Assembly (NCBI GenBank): GCA_000004695.1
Contig: CM000152.2
Span: 4,512,001 to 4,576,000, forward strand
Reading direction: 5' to 3'
DNA from: Dictyostelium discoideum
Lineage: Eukaryota
Length of the DNA stretch: 64,000 bases
Both the position numbers and the translations under genes were made by a program. Shown here in pieces: positions 41,203 to 55,299 of this stretch. The notes under the pieces were generated by a model. It did no database searches and had not been told where the DNA came from. It saw only the letters and a list, made by a program, of their open reading frames with translations. Positions within the stretch are counted from its first letter, which is position 1. Every line of letters starts with the position of its first letter.

Positions 41203-43374
41203 ATGACAATTCCATATAAAATTTCATATTTTTTAATATTTTTTACGATACCACTTATGGGATCATTCCTATTATTATTTATAAGATTTCTATTCCTAGA
41301 AAATAAACATCATATAAGGAATTTTAATTATAATGGTGATAATAATAATAACAATCGAAATAAGAAATTAAAAAAGTATTTCATATTATCATTATTTTTA
41401 TATACATCAGCTATAATTGGATTCATTTTCACTTTATCATCATTTTCAAGTTGGAATTATTTACCTATAGAATTAACAACTATTACTTCAATAATAATAT
41501 TATTATTTTTTACATTTTATCAATTAATAATTCAATTTGAAGTTGAAAGAAAGAAACGAATTTTTAAAGTTAGAAAAAATAAAAATAAAAAATATTTCAT
41601 TCAAAGCCCACCAAATTTTAATAATGGTATAATTTTAAATAATAATAATAATAATAATTATGAAGATGATAAATCAAATATTAAAGAAAATATATTATTA
41701 GAATCATTAAATAGTAAACAAGATGGAGTAGTAATAGCAGCAGCAGAAGAAGAATATTATGAACAAGAGGAAGAAGAAGAAGAAGAATATAATGAAAATA
41801 AATCATTTTATAATTATAGTAATCAAATTGATACAAAATTAGGAATTTTAGATAGATTTAAAAAGAAGATAATTTATTTTATAAAGGATATTATAGAGAC
41901 TATTAAATTTAAACCAAAATTATCAATAACTTTAATATTGATATCACTTTTAATTTCAATAATGATACCAGTACTTTTGAATGATGTTTGTATTTGTTCA
42001 CATCCAATGAATGTTTCAACATCATTCACTAGAAAACTATTTCAAGAATCTTATTGTAAAAATGGTGAAATCTGTTTCCTTTATTTAACATTACCCAAAG
42101 ATGCATCAACATCAATGGTTTTACAAATTCATACATTTAATAAACCATCAAATATTATAATTACAATAACAAAGAATACTAATACTACTGGTGGTGGTGG
42201 TGGTGGTGGTGGTGGTAGTGGTGAAGATATTATATCAATTTCAAAATTTAATTTCATATCAATGTCAAAAATAATTAATGATTATCCAAGATATATAAGT
42301 TATATTGATTTAATTGGATTAAAAGAGAATACAAATTATAGTTTTAAAGTTAATTTCACAAGTAAAGAAATTCAAAAAACTTTAAATACTTATGATGGTG
42401 TAAATCTATTTCAATTTAAAACATTTTCAAATCAATCAGATTCAATCATTAAATTTGTATCTGGTGGTGATATAGTAATAAATAAAGATTCAAAAGATTT
42501 AGCAAAACATGCATCAATTAATTTTAATCCTGATTTCATTGTTGTTGGTGGTGATGTGGTTTATGAAGATGGTATAGGTTCATGTTATAAAAGATGGGAT
42601 GAAAAATTATCATTTTTCAATACTTATTTTAATTTAAAAATTAGTAATAATAATAGTAGTAGTAGTAGTAGTTTATTTTTAAAACCAATATTATTATCAA
42701 TTGGTAATCATGAGGCTGGTGCATTTTATCAAACTCATAAACAAGTACCATTTTATTTTAAATATTTCTTATTTGAATTGGATGGATTTAAAGATGGAAT
42801 TGATGAAAATAAAAACTCTTATCATATTCATAAAATTGCATCACATACATCAATAACTTCATTGGATAGTTGTGTAGTATCGACATGGGATCAACAAGCT
42901 CAATGGTTACATAATCAATGGAGTAATGAGGAATTCAATAATACAAATAAATTAGTAGTTTATCATCATCCAATTTATCCTGCTTGGAATTTGGATGGTT
43001 TAATACCAGAGTCTGGTAGAGATGTAATGATACCATTATTCGATAAATTTAAAGTACCTTTTGTTTTTGAAAATCATGAGCACCTTTTTAGACGTACAAA
43101 GAAATTAAAAGGAAATAAAATAATAGAGAATAATTCTACAACAACAACGACAACATTATCTCAAGGTACTTATTATGCTGGTTCAGGAAGTTTTGGTATT
43201 TCAAATACAAATATAATTCCATCCAATAATGATGAGTCATTACCTTGGTATTTAGCTAAAAGATCTTATTGTAATCATCTTTGGTATATAACTGCAACTC
43301 AAAAAGAAATTCTCGTTGAGGCATTTGCACCAAATGGTGATAAAATTGATAAAATTAATTATATTCAAAATTAA
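41203..43374 (+). CDS. Membrane-anchored calcineurin-like metallophosphoesterase (purple-acid-phosphatase-like), 723 aa.
   Basis: The N-terminus has several TM segments (FLIFFTIPLMGSFLLLFIRFLF..., ITLILISLLISIMIPVLL). The C-terminal half carries the metallophosphatase motif series GDxxY (VVGGDVVYEDG), GNHE (SIGNHEAG), HHP (VVYHHPIYPAW) and ENHEH (VFENHEHLF). Confidence 0.6.
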   Translation: MTIPYKISYFLIFFTIPLMGSFLLLFIRFLFLENKHHIRNFNYNGDNNNNNRNKKLKKYFILSLFLYTSAIIGFIFTLSSFSSWNYLPIELTTITSIIILLFFTFYQLIIQFEVERKKRIFKVRKNKNKKYFIQSPPNFNNGIILNNNNNNNYEDDKSNIKENILLESLNSKQDGVVIAAAEEEYYEQEEEEEEEYNENKSFYNYSNQIDTKLGILDRFKKKIIYFIKDIIETIKFKPKLSITLILISLLISIMIPVLLNDVCICSHPMNVSTSFTRKLFQESYCKNGEICFLYLTLPKDASTSMVLQIHTFNKPSNIIITITKNTNTTGGGGGGGGGSGEDIISISKFNFISMSKIINDYPRYISYIDLIGLKENTNYSFKVNFTSKEIQKTLNTYDGVNLFQFKTFSNQSDSIIKFVSGGDIVINKDSKDLAKHASINFNPDFIVVGGDVVYEDGIGSCYKRWDEKLSFFNTYFNLKISNNNSSSSSSLFLKPILLSIGNHEAGAFYQTHKQVPFYFKYFLFELDGFKDGIDENKNSYHIHKIASHTSITSLDSCVVSTWDQQAQWLHNQWSNEEFNNTNKLVVYHHPIYPAWNLDGLIPESGRDVMIPLFDKFKVPFVFENHEHLFRRTKKLKGNKIIENNSTTTTTTLSQGTYYAGSGSFGISNTNIIPSNNDESLPWYLAKRSYCNHLWYITATQKEILVEAFAPNGDKIDKINYIQN

Positions 43375-43468
43375 TTATAATAAATTCCAATTTTTAATAA
43401 AAATTAATTTTTTTCAATCAACTATAAAACATTTTATTTTAAAAGATATTTTTAATTCATAATATTTT

Positions 43469-43501
<33 letters not shown>

Positions 43502-44004
43502 ATAAACAAATAATAAAAATAATATTTCAGATTTTTTTTTTTATTATTTTATTTTTTTTTTTCTTGGGTTCGGGATTATTTTTTTTTTTTTGGGTTTTGG
43601 CCTAGGAATACAAAAAAAAAAAAAAAAAAAAAAGAGATAAAAAAAGAGGAAAAAAAAGAGATAAAAAAAAAGAGATAAAAATTAAAATGTAAATTAAATT
43701 TTTATATTTTTTTTATTAAAAATAAAACTCCAAGTTTAATTAATTGCCACCTTTTTTTTTAATTTTATCTTTTCTTTTCAATTTTTTTTTTTTTTTTTTT
43801 TAGGGTAAAATTTCTTTGTTTTTAAAATTAAATTATTTTTAAATTTAATAAAAAAAAAAAAAAAAATTATGGATGTTTGGAATTATCTTGAGCTTATTAA
43901 ATTTATTTTTTATGTTTTAATGACTATATAAATGACATTCACCACTTTTTTATTTATTTTTAACAAAATTTAATTTTTTGTGTTTTTTGGTTTTTGTGCG
44001 CCCC

Positions 44005-44047
<43 letters not shown>

Positions 44048-44536
44048 CGAACAAAAAATAAGGAAAAATTTTCACATCTTAATTTTCTCTGCCTTATGAA
44101 ATCTTCACAATAAAAAACTCCATCCTAAAATGTTTCTAAATAAATAAACCTATTTTTTTTTTTATTTATTTTTTTATTTTTATTTTGTTACGTAATGATT
44201 ATTGGCAATGTTGTTACAAGGATGGGATCTTAAGAATGAATAGCTATTGGAACAGCGGCAGACGACCATTTGCCCGCAGTAGGTTTTTTATTTTTTACAC
44301 TTTCTATATTCTAACTTCGAATAATATATAATTTAATTATAGCTATCAACCACAAAATTTTTAAAAATAATAAAAAATTATAAATAATGTTTTTTTATTT
44401 TTTATTTTTTTTTTTTTTATTAAATAAGTTACTTTATTTTAAAATAAATTATAATAATAATAATAATAATAAAAATAATAATAATAATAATAAAAAAAAT
44501 AATAATAATTTTTTAAAAAATTTCATTCAACATCAA

Positions 44537-47500
44537 ATGGGTTTTAAAGTAAATAAAAATTTAAATGAAACAAATGACAATAGTGATAATGATGTTGCAA
44601 TTATTGGTATTGGATTTAGATTACCATCAGGTAATTTAAATAAATCAAATGATTCTCCAATTATTTTATGGGATAATTTAATGAAAGGATTTGATGGTAT
44701 GGTTGAAACATCAGAAAGATGGAGTGATAATTTCAATCAACTTGGTGAAATTTCAAATAAAAGTGGTGGATTATTACCATTAGATGAATGGAAATCATTT
44801 GATCCATTATTTTTCGGTATTAACCCATCAGAAGCTCAAACAATTGATCCTCAACAAAGAATACTATTAAAATGTACATGGGAGGCAATAGAGGATTCAA
44901 ATATTGATCCAATTAAAATTCGTGGTTCAAAAACATCAGTTTACATGGGTGGTACTTCTGTTGAATATAAAGAATTAAATAAGAATTCAAATGAAATTAA
45001 TCCAAATATTTTTGGTTCAACATTTAATACAATTGCGAATCGTATTTCATATTGTTTTGATCTTAGTGGTGAGTCTATGACATTAGATACTGCTTGTTCA
45101 TCATCTTTAAATGCAATTATCTTAGGTTATCAATCAATTAAAAGTGGTACTTCCAATTTATCAATTGTTGGTGGTGTTAATTTAATATTAGGTATGTAGT
45201 TTTATTAAATTATATAATACATATGTATATATTCATTTTTAATTACTAATAATTTTAAATTTAAAAAATAGATTCAAATTTATCAAAATCTTATTCTTAT
45301 TTAAATATGTTAAGTAAGAAAGAAGGTAAATGTATGTCATTTGATTCACGTGCAGATGGATTCGTTAGAAGTGAGGGTGCTGGTGTATTTATATTAAAAA
45401 GTTTAAAACAATCAATAATTGATGGTAATAATATTTATTGCGTTATTAAAGGAGCAAGTTCAAATATTGATGGTAATGGTTTAAATGATAAACAAAACTT
45501 TTATTCACCATCATCATCTTCACAAGCTGAAAATATTAATAGAGCACTATCATCAACTAAAGGATCTGTAAAAATTGATGATATTGTTTATGTAGAAGCA
45601 CATGGTACTGGTACACCAACTGGTGATCCAATTGAGTTAGAAGCAATTTCAAGAGTTTTCAAAACCAATAATAATGATAATAATAATCAACAACACCAAA
45701 ATCCAATATTAATTGGATCATTTAAAAGTTCCGTTGGTCATTTAGAATCAGCCTCAGGTTCAGCATCATTAGTAAAATGTTGTTTAATGTTTAAAAATCA
45801 ATATTTAACACCCAATGTTAATTTCAAAACACCAAATCCATCAATTAAATTTGATGAATGGAATTTAAAAGTTGTTACAGAACCAATACAATTTAAAGAT
45901 GTAAAGAAATCAAACAACTTTTCAATGATTTTAAATAATTTTGGTATCACTGGTTCAAATTGTTGTTTAATTTTATCACAATACAATGGAAACCATAATG
46001 ATGAACAGGAAAATCAACAACAACAACAACAACAAGGAAAACAATATTTAATTCCATTTTCAGCAAATTCAATACAATCATTAAAACAATATGAATCATT
46101 AATTAATGAAAATCAATTTAAAGAATCAAATGATTTTAAAGAATTTGTTAAACATCAAATATATAGTAAATCAATATCACTTTATCAACGTTCGGTTTCA
46201 ATAGCATCAAATTGGAATGATTTTAATGAAGGCATGAAATCAACAAATAACAACAATAATAAAACACAAACATCAAATTCAAAATCATCAAATATTTCAA
46301 TAATTCCAAAGAATCCAATCACTGTAATGGTATTTGCAGGACAAGGTTCACAATATAGTACAATGGCAATGGAATTATATAATAATGAACCAATATTTAA
46401 AGAATCAATGGATAGATTAGATAATAGATTATTAAGATATTATGGATACTCTGTATTGGAGAAATTTAGATCAAGCTGTGATAGTGATAGTATTCATTAT
46501 CCAACAATTGCTCAACCATCAATGTGTATGCTAACCATATCATTATTCGAATTATATAAACATTGGGGTATTGAAACATCATTTATTATTGGTCATAGTT
46601 TAGGTGAAATTCCAGCTGCTTATTGCTCAGGTATGATTTCATTAGATACTTTATGTTTTTTGATTTATCATAGATCAGTTGCACAAACTCATACACATCG
46701 TAATGGTAGAATGTTATCAATTAATATTAGTCCTGAAGAATATAATTCAAATTATTCATTAAAATACCCAAAAGTTGAAATTGCATGTTATAATTCACCA
46801 ACTTCGATTGTACTTGGTGGTGAAGAAACAATATTAAATCAAATATCAAATGATTTAAAAGAAAAAGGAATATTCTCAGCGATGTTAGGTTCACTATCAT
46901 CATTCCATACATCAAGCCAAAGAATTATTAAAGACCAAGTCATTGATTTAAATATTGAATGTAAATTAGCAAAAATTCCATCATTTTCAACAGTTACAAC
47001 CAATTTATTCAATGAAACGACATTATTCAATTCAGAATATATTTTTAATAATATGGCTCTACCAGTTAAATTTTCACAATCAATTTCAAATCTATTTAAA
47101 CATATTGAAATAAATAATTTAGGAAGTGATATTGTTTTCATTGAATTAGCACCACATCCAACATTACAATTTTATTTAAAACAAATGGCATCATCATATG
47201 AAAAAGTCAATTCAAATTTAAAAATATCAACATATTCACCACTTCACAAGAAAAAGAATGATATCGAAGAGATTCAAAAAACAATTTCACAACTTTATTG
47301 TAATAATGGGTACAGTATTAATTTTAAATCACAATTTAATAATGATTTTAAAATTAATAAAATCAATTCAATATTACCAAATTATCAATGGGAAGATGTA
47401 ATTCACTGGAGAGAAGATTTAATTCATCAAAAACATAATACTCAAGGACCACCAATTGATCAACTTGGTTTATCATTAATTGAAAGTTCACCAAATTTAA

Positions 47501-47809
47501 AATCATATCAAACATTTATTGATATTTCTAGAAAACCATTCCAATATCTTAAAGGTCATTTTGTGAATGGCAAATATTATTTCCCAGGTTGTGGTTATAT
47601 TGATAATCTTTTAAAAATTTATGGTTCACAAGATTTTACAATTGCTTCAATGGAATTTAAATCACCATTAATTTTTACGGAAGGTGTTAGTCAATGTTTA
47701 CAAACAAACATTTTCCAAACTGGTAAATCAGAATTCAGAGTTAACTATCATTTTAAAGATACAAAATCAAATGAATGGATACAATCATCAGTTGCTCATT
47801 TCCAATTAT

Positions 47810-47879
<70 letters not shown>

Positions 47880-50800
47880 TAGTGACGATGGAAATAGTAC
47901 CAATAAAAAATATAATATTGAAGATATTATAAATAATAAATGCAATTTCACAAAATTATCAAACAATGAACTTTATGAAAATATTAAATCAAAAACTGGT
48001 ATATATTATACTGGAGAATTTAAAACAGTATCAAACCTTTATGTGGGTGAAAATTGTTCATTAGCAGAAATACCAATAACAATTAAATCTTATGAATCAT
48101 CATTTTTCTCACCATCAATATTAGATACTTGTTTACATGGTACAATTGGATTAATTGATGAAAAATCTCAAATTGTATTTGAAAGAGTTGAAGGATTCGA
48201 ATACCATTCTTCAAATATTCCATCACAAAATGAATTATCATCATTAAAACATACAAAGCTATATTCATTAACAGAATCATTCAAAAGGGTTGGAGATTCA
48301 TATTCAAGTTCAATTACAGTTATGTTGGAGGATGGTAGAGTTTTAATTGAATTTAAAAAGGTTGTATGTAAATCTTTAACTAATGTTATTGATTCATTAA
48401 TAATACAATCACCATTAAATGAATTATATTCAACATGTATGCAAACAATTGATTCACCAATTCAACCTTCTTTATCATCATCATCATTGATACAACTACT
48501 TGGCAACACCAATGAAAAAGTTAAAATTAATTATAGTCAATTCATTTCAAATCAATTGTATTACAATATAATTAAAAGATGTCCACAACTTAATATTGAA
48601 ACAATCAAATCAAAGAATATTGAACAGTTAAAAGAAAGTTACAACTCTTTAAATACTAAATATTCAAAATTATTCAAATCAGTATTTGAAACAATTCAAT
48701 CGATTGGTATAAATAATGAAGATAATAGTGAATTTAATGAAACAAACATTCAGCATTATAAAATCTTATTGAAATCAACTAGAATAATTGCAAAATTATT
48801 ATTCCCATTAAAAGATGATGATTTAAGTAAGGATACAGGACAATCATTATTTGAAAATGGAATTTTAGATGAATTCAATTCAAATTATTTTAATAATAAT
48901 AATCAAGTTATTAGCAACATAATTAAAGAATCACTTTTACCAATATTAAATGAAAAGATGGTATTCAGAATATTTGGATTTGGAGGTTTTGGATCATCAT
49001 TATCATCAGTTGTTTTAAATAAAATCAATGAATTACTTCAAGAATTTCCAAATAGCGAAATTGATATAGAATTCACTCATGCTGATATTTCATCATCATC
49101 ATCTTCTTTTGGTAGTAGTACACCAAATTTCAAACCAAATTTCCCACAAATAAATGAAAAAGTTCATATAATTTATAAATCATTAGATCTTGAAAAACAA
49201 TTATCAAGTGAACAAATGATTAAACCATCATATTATGATTTTGTAATCATGTCAAATGTTTTACATTTTACAAAAGATGTTAAATCGGTATTGGATCAAA
49301 TCCATCAAATTTTAAAACCAAATGGCCAAATTATATTAGTAGAACCTATTAATAAATCAATTTTACTTGATAATATATTTGGTATTTTCGATCAATGGTG
49401 GAGTTTTACAGATTTAAATATTAGAAGAAATGATTGTTATATTTCAAAAGATACTTGGAATAGCTTACTATTAGATTGTAATTTTGATAATAGTAAAGTT
49501 TTAATTTCAACAAAAGAAATTTCAAACTTTTATATAATTCAAACTCAAAAACCTTCAATTTCAAATTTAAATACAAATTCAACTACAAATGGTGATACAG
49601 TTATAATCTATGGTGATGAATTAAAATTTATAAGTTCTGATAGTAATAAAGAAATTAAAATTTCAAATATTCAACAATTTAATGAATTAATTGAAAAATC
49701 AATAATAACAGATGAATCAATTATTTACTTTACAAAATCAACAAATCAATTAACAGTAGATAATTTCAAATTAGTAACATTGGAATATATTCAAATCAAT
49801 CAAAAACTATTATCAAATAATTTAAAATGTAAACATGTATTGATTACATTAAATTCTGACAATATGAATTATTTATCAGCATCATTAATAGGAGCAACTA
49901 GATATTTTGAAGAATTTCCACAATTAAATTTATTCAATTTAGATTTCGATCAAAATTCAATAAATAATAATGAATTAGAAAAAACAATTAAATTGTTATT
50001 AGATTCAAACCAATTCATTCAAAAAGAATTCTTTATAAAGAATAGTAAAGTTTATTACGAAAGATATAAGAGAGAATTGAATTTAAATAATTTCTTTAAA
50101 GAATCCCAATCATTTTCAAATGAAAAGAACCAATTATACGCAAAATTATCACCAAATTTAGAATATATTTTAAAATCAAAAAAGGTTATAAAAGATGATG
50201 AAATTGAAGTAGAAGTAAAAGCAACAGGTATTAATTATAAAGATTATTTAATTTATTGTGGATTAGTATCAGCTGAATCAATTAATCGTTATGGTGATGT
50301 TAATAATCCTGAATTTGGTATTGAATACTCTGGTATTATTTCACGTATTGGTAATAATATAACAAATTTTGAAATTGGTGACCAAGTTTATGGTATGGGA
50401 TTAGATACAATTTCAACTCATGTAATTGTAAATCCAAACTATTGTTATCATAAACCAACAAATATCAGTTTTCAAGAAGCAGCATCAATACCATGTGTTT
50501 ATTTAACATCATTATGCTCAATATTTAATATTGGATGTTTAAGTGTTAGTGGTAATGAATCAATTTTAATTCATTCAGGTACAGGTGGTGTAGGATTATC
50601 AGCATTGAATATATTAAAATGGAAAGGTCATAAATCTCATGTATTTGTAACAGTAGGTTCAAAAGAAAAAGAAAAATACCTACTAGATACATATGGTGAT
50701 TTTATAACTGGAATTTATTCAACAAGAAATAAAAATTATGTTGAACAAATTAAATTAAAATTAAAACAATTAGGATCAAATAAGAATGGTGTAGATTTAA

Positions 50801-53616
50801 TATTGAATACATTATCAAGTGATTATATGGAATCAAATTTCAAATGTTTAAATACAAGTGGTAGAATTGTAGATTTATCTGTGACTCATTTAAATCATAA
50901 TGAATATATTAATAATAATAATTTTAAATTCAATTTTGGTTATCATAATTTTGAATTAACATTTATTAATAAATTTTTAATTCAAAAATCATTAAAGAAA
51001 ATTAAAATTGGAATTGAAAGCGGTGAATTAAAATTAATACCAATAACTGCATATTCAAACTCAAATGCAAAAGAAGCAATTGAATTTATTAATCAACGTA
51101 AACATATTGGTAAAATAGTTTTAAATAATGATAATGATATTTTAGATTCATTATTTAATAATCTTTCAAATGAAAGAAATTCAAAATTTACAACTCTTAA
51201 ACCAAATTATCAAATAAATAAAGACCATTTGGGTTCAAATATAATAGTTACAGGTCAATCTGGTATAATTTTAGAGATTTTAAAATGGATTGTTAAATTT
51301 TCAGAAAATGTTAAAAATATTATTATATTATCAAAATCATCTATGAAATGGGGTTTGGAATTATTAATTAAAAAGAATAAACATATAAATTTCAATTTTA
51401 AGAGTATTGATATTGGTGATTCAAATCAAGTTGATAAATCAATTGATGAAATTTTAAATGAAAATTCAATAACAAATATTGATTCAATTTTTCATTTTGC
51501 ATTCGAACATACTATATGTGATGTAAATGATATTGAAATTAATCATTTGACCAAATCTCATGGTGCAAAAACAATGGGTGCAATTAATTTACATAATCAA
51601 TCAATTAAAAGAAATTGGAAATTAAAACAATTTATTTTATCATCATCAGTAACATCGATGATTGGTTCAACTGATCAATGTACATATGTTTGTTCTAATA
51701 GATTATTGGATTCATTATCAAAGTATAGAAATTCTATTGGATTACCTTCAATATGTACAAACTATGGGTCAGTACAATCTGCAGGTATTGTTTCAAGAAA
51801 TAAATCTATTGAAAAATTATTAGATGCTCAAGGTTTAGATCCATTATCAATTAATATGATATTAGGTTCATTAGATTCACAAATTCAAAATGTAAACAAA
51901 TCAACAAATTTAATGGTATCACCGTTCAATTTTAATAATTTCTTTGAAACTTTTAAAAATCATTCAATGATTCATAAATTTGATTTCATTACAAATCTTT
52001 TAGAAAATAATAAATCAAAAAATAGTAATAATGGTAATACAGAAGGAGAATCAAATATTGATACATTATTTTTAAATAAAGTTTCAGAATTATTATCAAT
52101 GGAATTACCAAAGATTAATCAGGATTTGAAGTTGGTGGAGTATGGTTCAGATTCATTATTAATTGTTCAATTAAAAAATTGGATAGATAAAGAAATCTTT
52201 CCAAATTTAATTACAATTCAACAACTTCAAACTAATACAATTTCATCATCAATTAAAATCATTACAAATCAATTTAATTCTAAATCAACTGATGGTAGAA
52301 AAAAACAAAAACAAAATGGAATTAATGTTTCATCAAATAAATCATCATTACCAACTTTAGAATTTTGGAAAAATGAAACTAAACTTGATGAAGAAGAATT
52401 TAATTTTATATTAGATTCTTCAACCAAATCAAAAATAAATCATAAAGATCAATTAAAAGATAATGAAAAAAGAATTCTTTTAACTGGTAGTACTGGATTT
52501 TTAGGTGCATACCTACTTTGGCATTTAATTCAAATGGACAATTGTAAAATTGTTTATTGTTTATTAAGAAACAAAAAACTATTTAATAATCCATTAAATG
52601 ATATAATAGATAATTTAAAACATCATCAATTATATGATAAACAATTAAATGAAAGTCATTTATCAAAAATTGTTGCAGTTGTAGGTGATTTATCAAAAAT
52701 TAAATTTGGTTTATCAGATGATAATTATTCATTACTTTCAAATGATACAAATTTATTATTAAATTGTGGTGCTGATATTAATTTATCATCAAATTATGAA
52801 GAGTCAAAACAAGTAAATGTAGTTGGTACAAAAGAAATGATAAAAATATCATTAATTGGTAATATAAAACCAAAACCAATTATTACAATCTCATCATTTT
52901 CAGTATTTTATAATCAAAAGTTAAATCAAGAGTTTGATGAATCAATTGTTACACCAAAACTTGAAACGATTAATGATTTACCAGCAGGTTATATTCAAAG
53001 TAAAGTTATTTCAGAAATTATATTAACAGAAGCATCATCAAGATTCAATATACCATCAGCAATAATCAGAGCACCAAGTATTTTCTCAAATCCTGAAACT
53101 GGTATTGGTCATAGTGCTGATATCATTCAATTAATGTTACAATCTTGCTTTAAATTAGGTTATTACCCAAGTGGTAATGGAGTTGATTTTGATCTTCTTT
53201 GTTCACCAATAACATGGGTCGCTGATAATACTATTAAAATTATTTTTAATGATAATATTATTAACAACAAAGAACCTCAACAATTAACATCACCATTAAA
53301 ACCAAATATTTACAGTGTATATGGAAAAGTTTTAGATTTATTTGAGATTTTACAAGTATTAAAGAGTGATGAAGGTGGCAATTGTAAAGAAATTGAAATT
53401 AATCAATGGAAGCAAATGGTAATGGATTCAAAAGAAAAAGCATGTATTAAATTAAGAACTTTTCACACTTTACAATTTGATGGTAGAAATATTTTAAATA
53501 AAGGTCATGGAATTTCAAATAAACAAAAATCATATCTACAATCAATTGGATCTTTTGGAAATGGTGGTGAAATCACTAATCAAATGATATTCAAGAATGT
53601 TCAATCAAATAATTAA
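44537..53616 (+). CDS. Iterative type I polyketide synthase, about 2999 aa, with domains KS-AT-DH-cMT-ER-KR-ACP and a C-terminal thioester reductase (R) domain. Two exons: 44537-45191 and 45272-53616.
   Basis: KS: [22 protein letters not shown] (active Cys), then after the intron [48 protein letters not shown]: GHSLGE. cMT-like region: ...[28 protein letters not shown]... ER (MDR fold): ...[16 protein letters not shown]... KR: [15 protein letters not shown]: [14 protein letters not shown] (phosphopantetheine Ser). Terminal R: [17 protein letters not shown] (NAD(P)-binding) ...[13 protein letters not shown]... One 80-bp intron (GTATGT...AG, phase 1) sits in the KS. Confidence 0.9.
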
Positions 53617-53970
53617 AAAAACAGGTTCTCTATCAAGTTAATATAGACTTTATTGTACTTAAGCTGAGGAAGATAAAGAATTTTAGAGTAGTCTAAAAAT
53701 AAAAAATAATAAAAAAATAAAAATAAATAAATAAATTAATAGCTTATAAATTACAATTATTATTTTGGTTTAGATTTATCTAATTCAGAATTATGATTTT
53801 AAATAAGATGTTATTGTTTTTTTTTTTTTTAAAGTTTAAAAATTAGATAAATGAATAATTAAATAATATTTTGTTATGTTTATAAAATACCTTTCTAGAG
53901 TGGTATAAATTTGGGAAGGTTGATTTTAGAATTCCGAACTTCGGATTTTCTGAAGAAAGACATAAAATTT

Positions 53971-54041
53971 TGCGTATGCTGGGAATCGAACCCAGTTCGC
54001 ATCCGTGGCAGGGATGCATCATACCACTAGACCACATACGC
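53971..54041 (-). tRNA. tRNA-Gly (anticodon GCC), 71 nt.
   Basis: Minus-strand sequence GCGTATG-TG-GTCT-AGTGGTA-TGAT-G-CATCC-CTGCCAC-GGATG-CGAA-CTGGG-TTCGATT-CCCAG-CATACGC-A. The acceptor stem is perfect, the T-arm has the canonical TTCGATT loop, and the anticodon loop has U33 and GCC. It is very close to eukaryotic tRNA-Gly(GCC). The track ORFs 53843-54037 and 53970-54260 over it are spurious. Confidence 0.85.
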
Positions 54042-54149
54042 TTTTTTGATATTTTGAAAAAAGATAACGTAATTGTATTTTTAAAAATAGAAGATCGAAA
54101 AAAACAAACAATCTCTTTTTTTGATTATTTCATTTTTCATATAAAAAGC

Positions 54150-54184
<35 letters not shown>

Positions 54185-54230
54185 GGAACCCAAGTTAATC
54201 AGAAAATTTCCAGATTTTTTAACTTATTTA
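54042..54230 (-). promoter_or_regulatory. Conserved 5'-flank block shared by the tRNA-Gly and tRNA-Arg genes; the second copy is at 56007-56130 and again at 57290-57440.
   Basis: Both minus-strand tRNA genes are preceded, in plus-strand reading, by tt(t)tttgatatttt at positions -1 to -12. At -80 to -110 both have ttt(t)tgattatttcatttttcatataaaaa, then a poly(A) run, then cct(gg/cc)gaa...atttccaga(a)tttt. Coordinates are 54118-54150/54181-54225 and 56086-56120/57381-57425. Confidence 0.3.
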
Positions 54231-54381
54231 AGTAAAATAAAAAAAATAGAAAGAAAATAAGATGAAAATCACAAATATGTCATCAACATCAATCACGAAG
54301 CCGACGATAAAATAAAAAAGATTAAGAAAAAAGTGTGGACGAAAAAGATGTTATAATCAAAAGTAATAATACAATAGAAAG

Positions 54382-54430
<49 letters not shown>

Positions 54431-55299
54431 CTAACCCCTCTTTTAGAGACCGTGTAAAAAACTACAAATAAAATGAGATCTTGCATCTCAAGGAGAAGCA
54501 ACTAATAATTGCGTTATCCAATTCAAAAAAAAAAAGTATTTTCAAAAATAGCTTTGAATTAAAACCTTCACAGTTAATCCATTAAAGGAAATAAACAACA
54601 ATTATTAGTTTTACTTAATAATTATTTTAAAATATTGGTTGTAATTTCATTCTTCTAACATAAAATAGACTTTTTTTTATTTGAATCGGAATATAATATA
54701 TTTTTTTAAATAACATCATCACAATTTAAATTTAGTGTGATTAAAAATAAATTTGAGAGTCACTTTATTTTTTTTTTGGAAAATATCAAAATGCGAATTT
54801 AAATTTTAAAATGTAAAGTAGTAATTCTTTTTTTATTTATTTTGAATTACTTAAATAAAGAATTTTAATTTTAAAATATAGTGTATTATTATTATAATTA
54901 TTATTTTTTTTTAAAATATATTCAGTTTTAAATATGTTGGTATTTAAAATTAAATGAATTAAATATTGAAATTGTTGTTAATTATAAGAATTGGTCAAGG
55001 GTACTATATTCAGAAGATACAATAAGCTTGTCATGTTAATTCAAATTAATAATAAAGTATGTGTAAAATAAATATATGTAGTAATATTATCAGATATTTA
55101 AAATTAATGTTTTATTTGTTTTTATTTTTTAAGAATAAACACGATGACGCTATGAAATCAACAAAAAACAAATCGCATAAGTCGACTTCACCTTTAGAAA
55201 AGCGATGTGACAAAAATTCTAACAAAAGTTAAAACGAAACCTCAAATAACAAAACCATCACAATTATTTTTTTTTTTTTTTATTTTATTATAATATAAT

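Noticed and set aside
53843-54260. Track ORFs 53843-54037(-) and 53970-54260(+).
   Set aside because: They overlap a canonical tRNA-Gly(GCC) gene and its AT-rich flank; the 'GIEPSSHPWQGCI' reading is the tRNA sequence translated.
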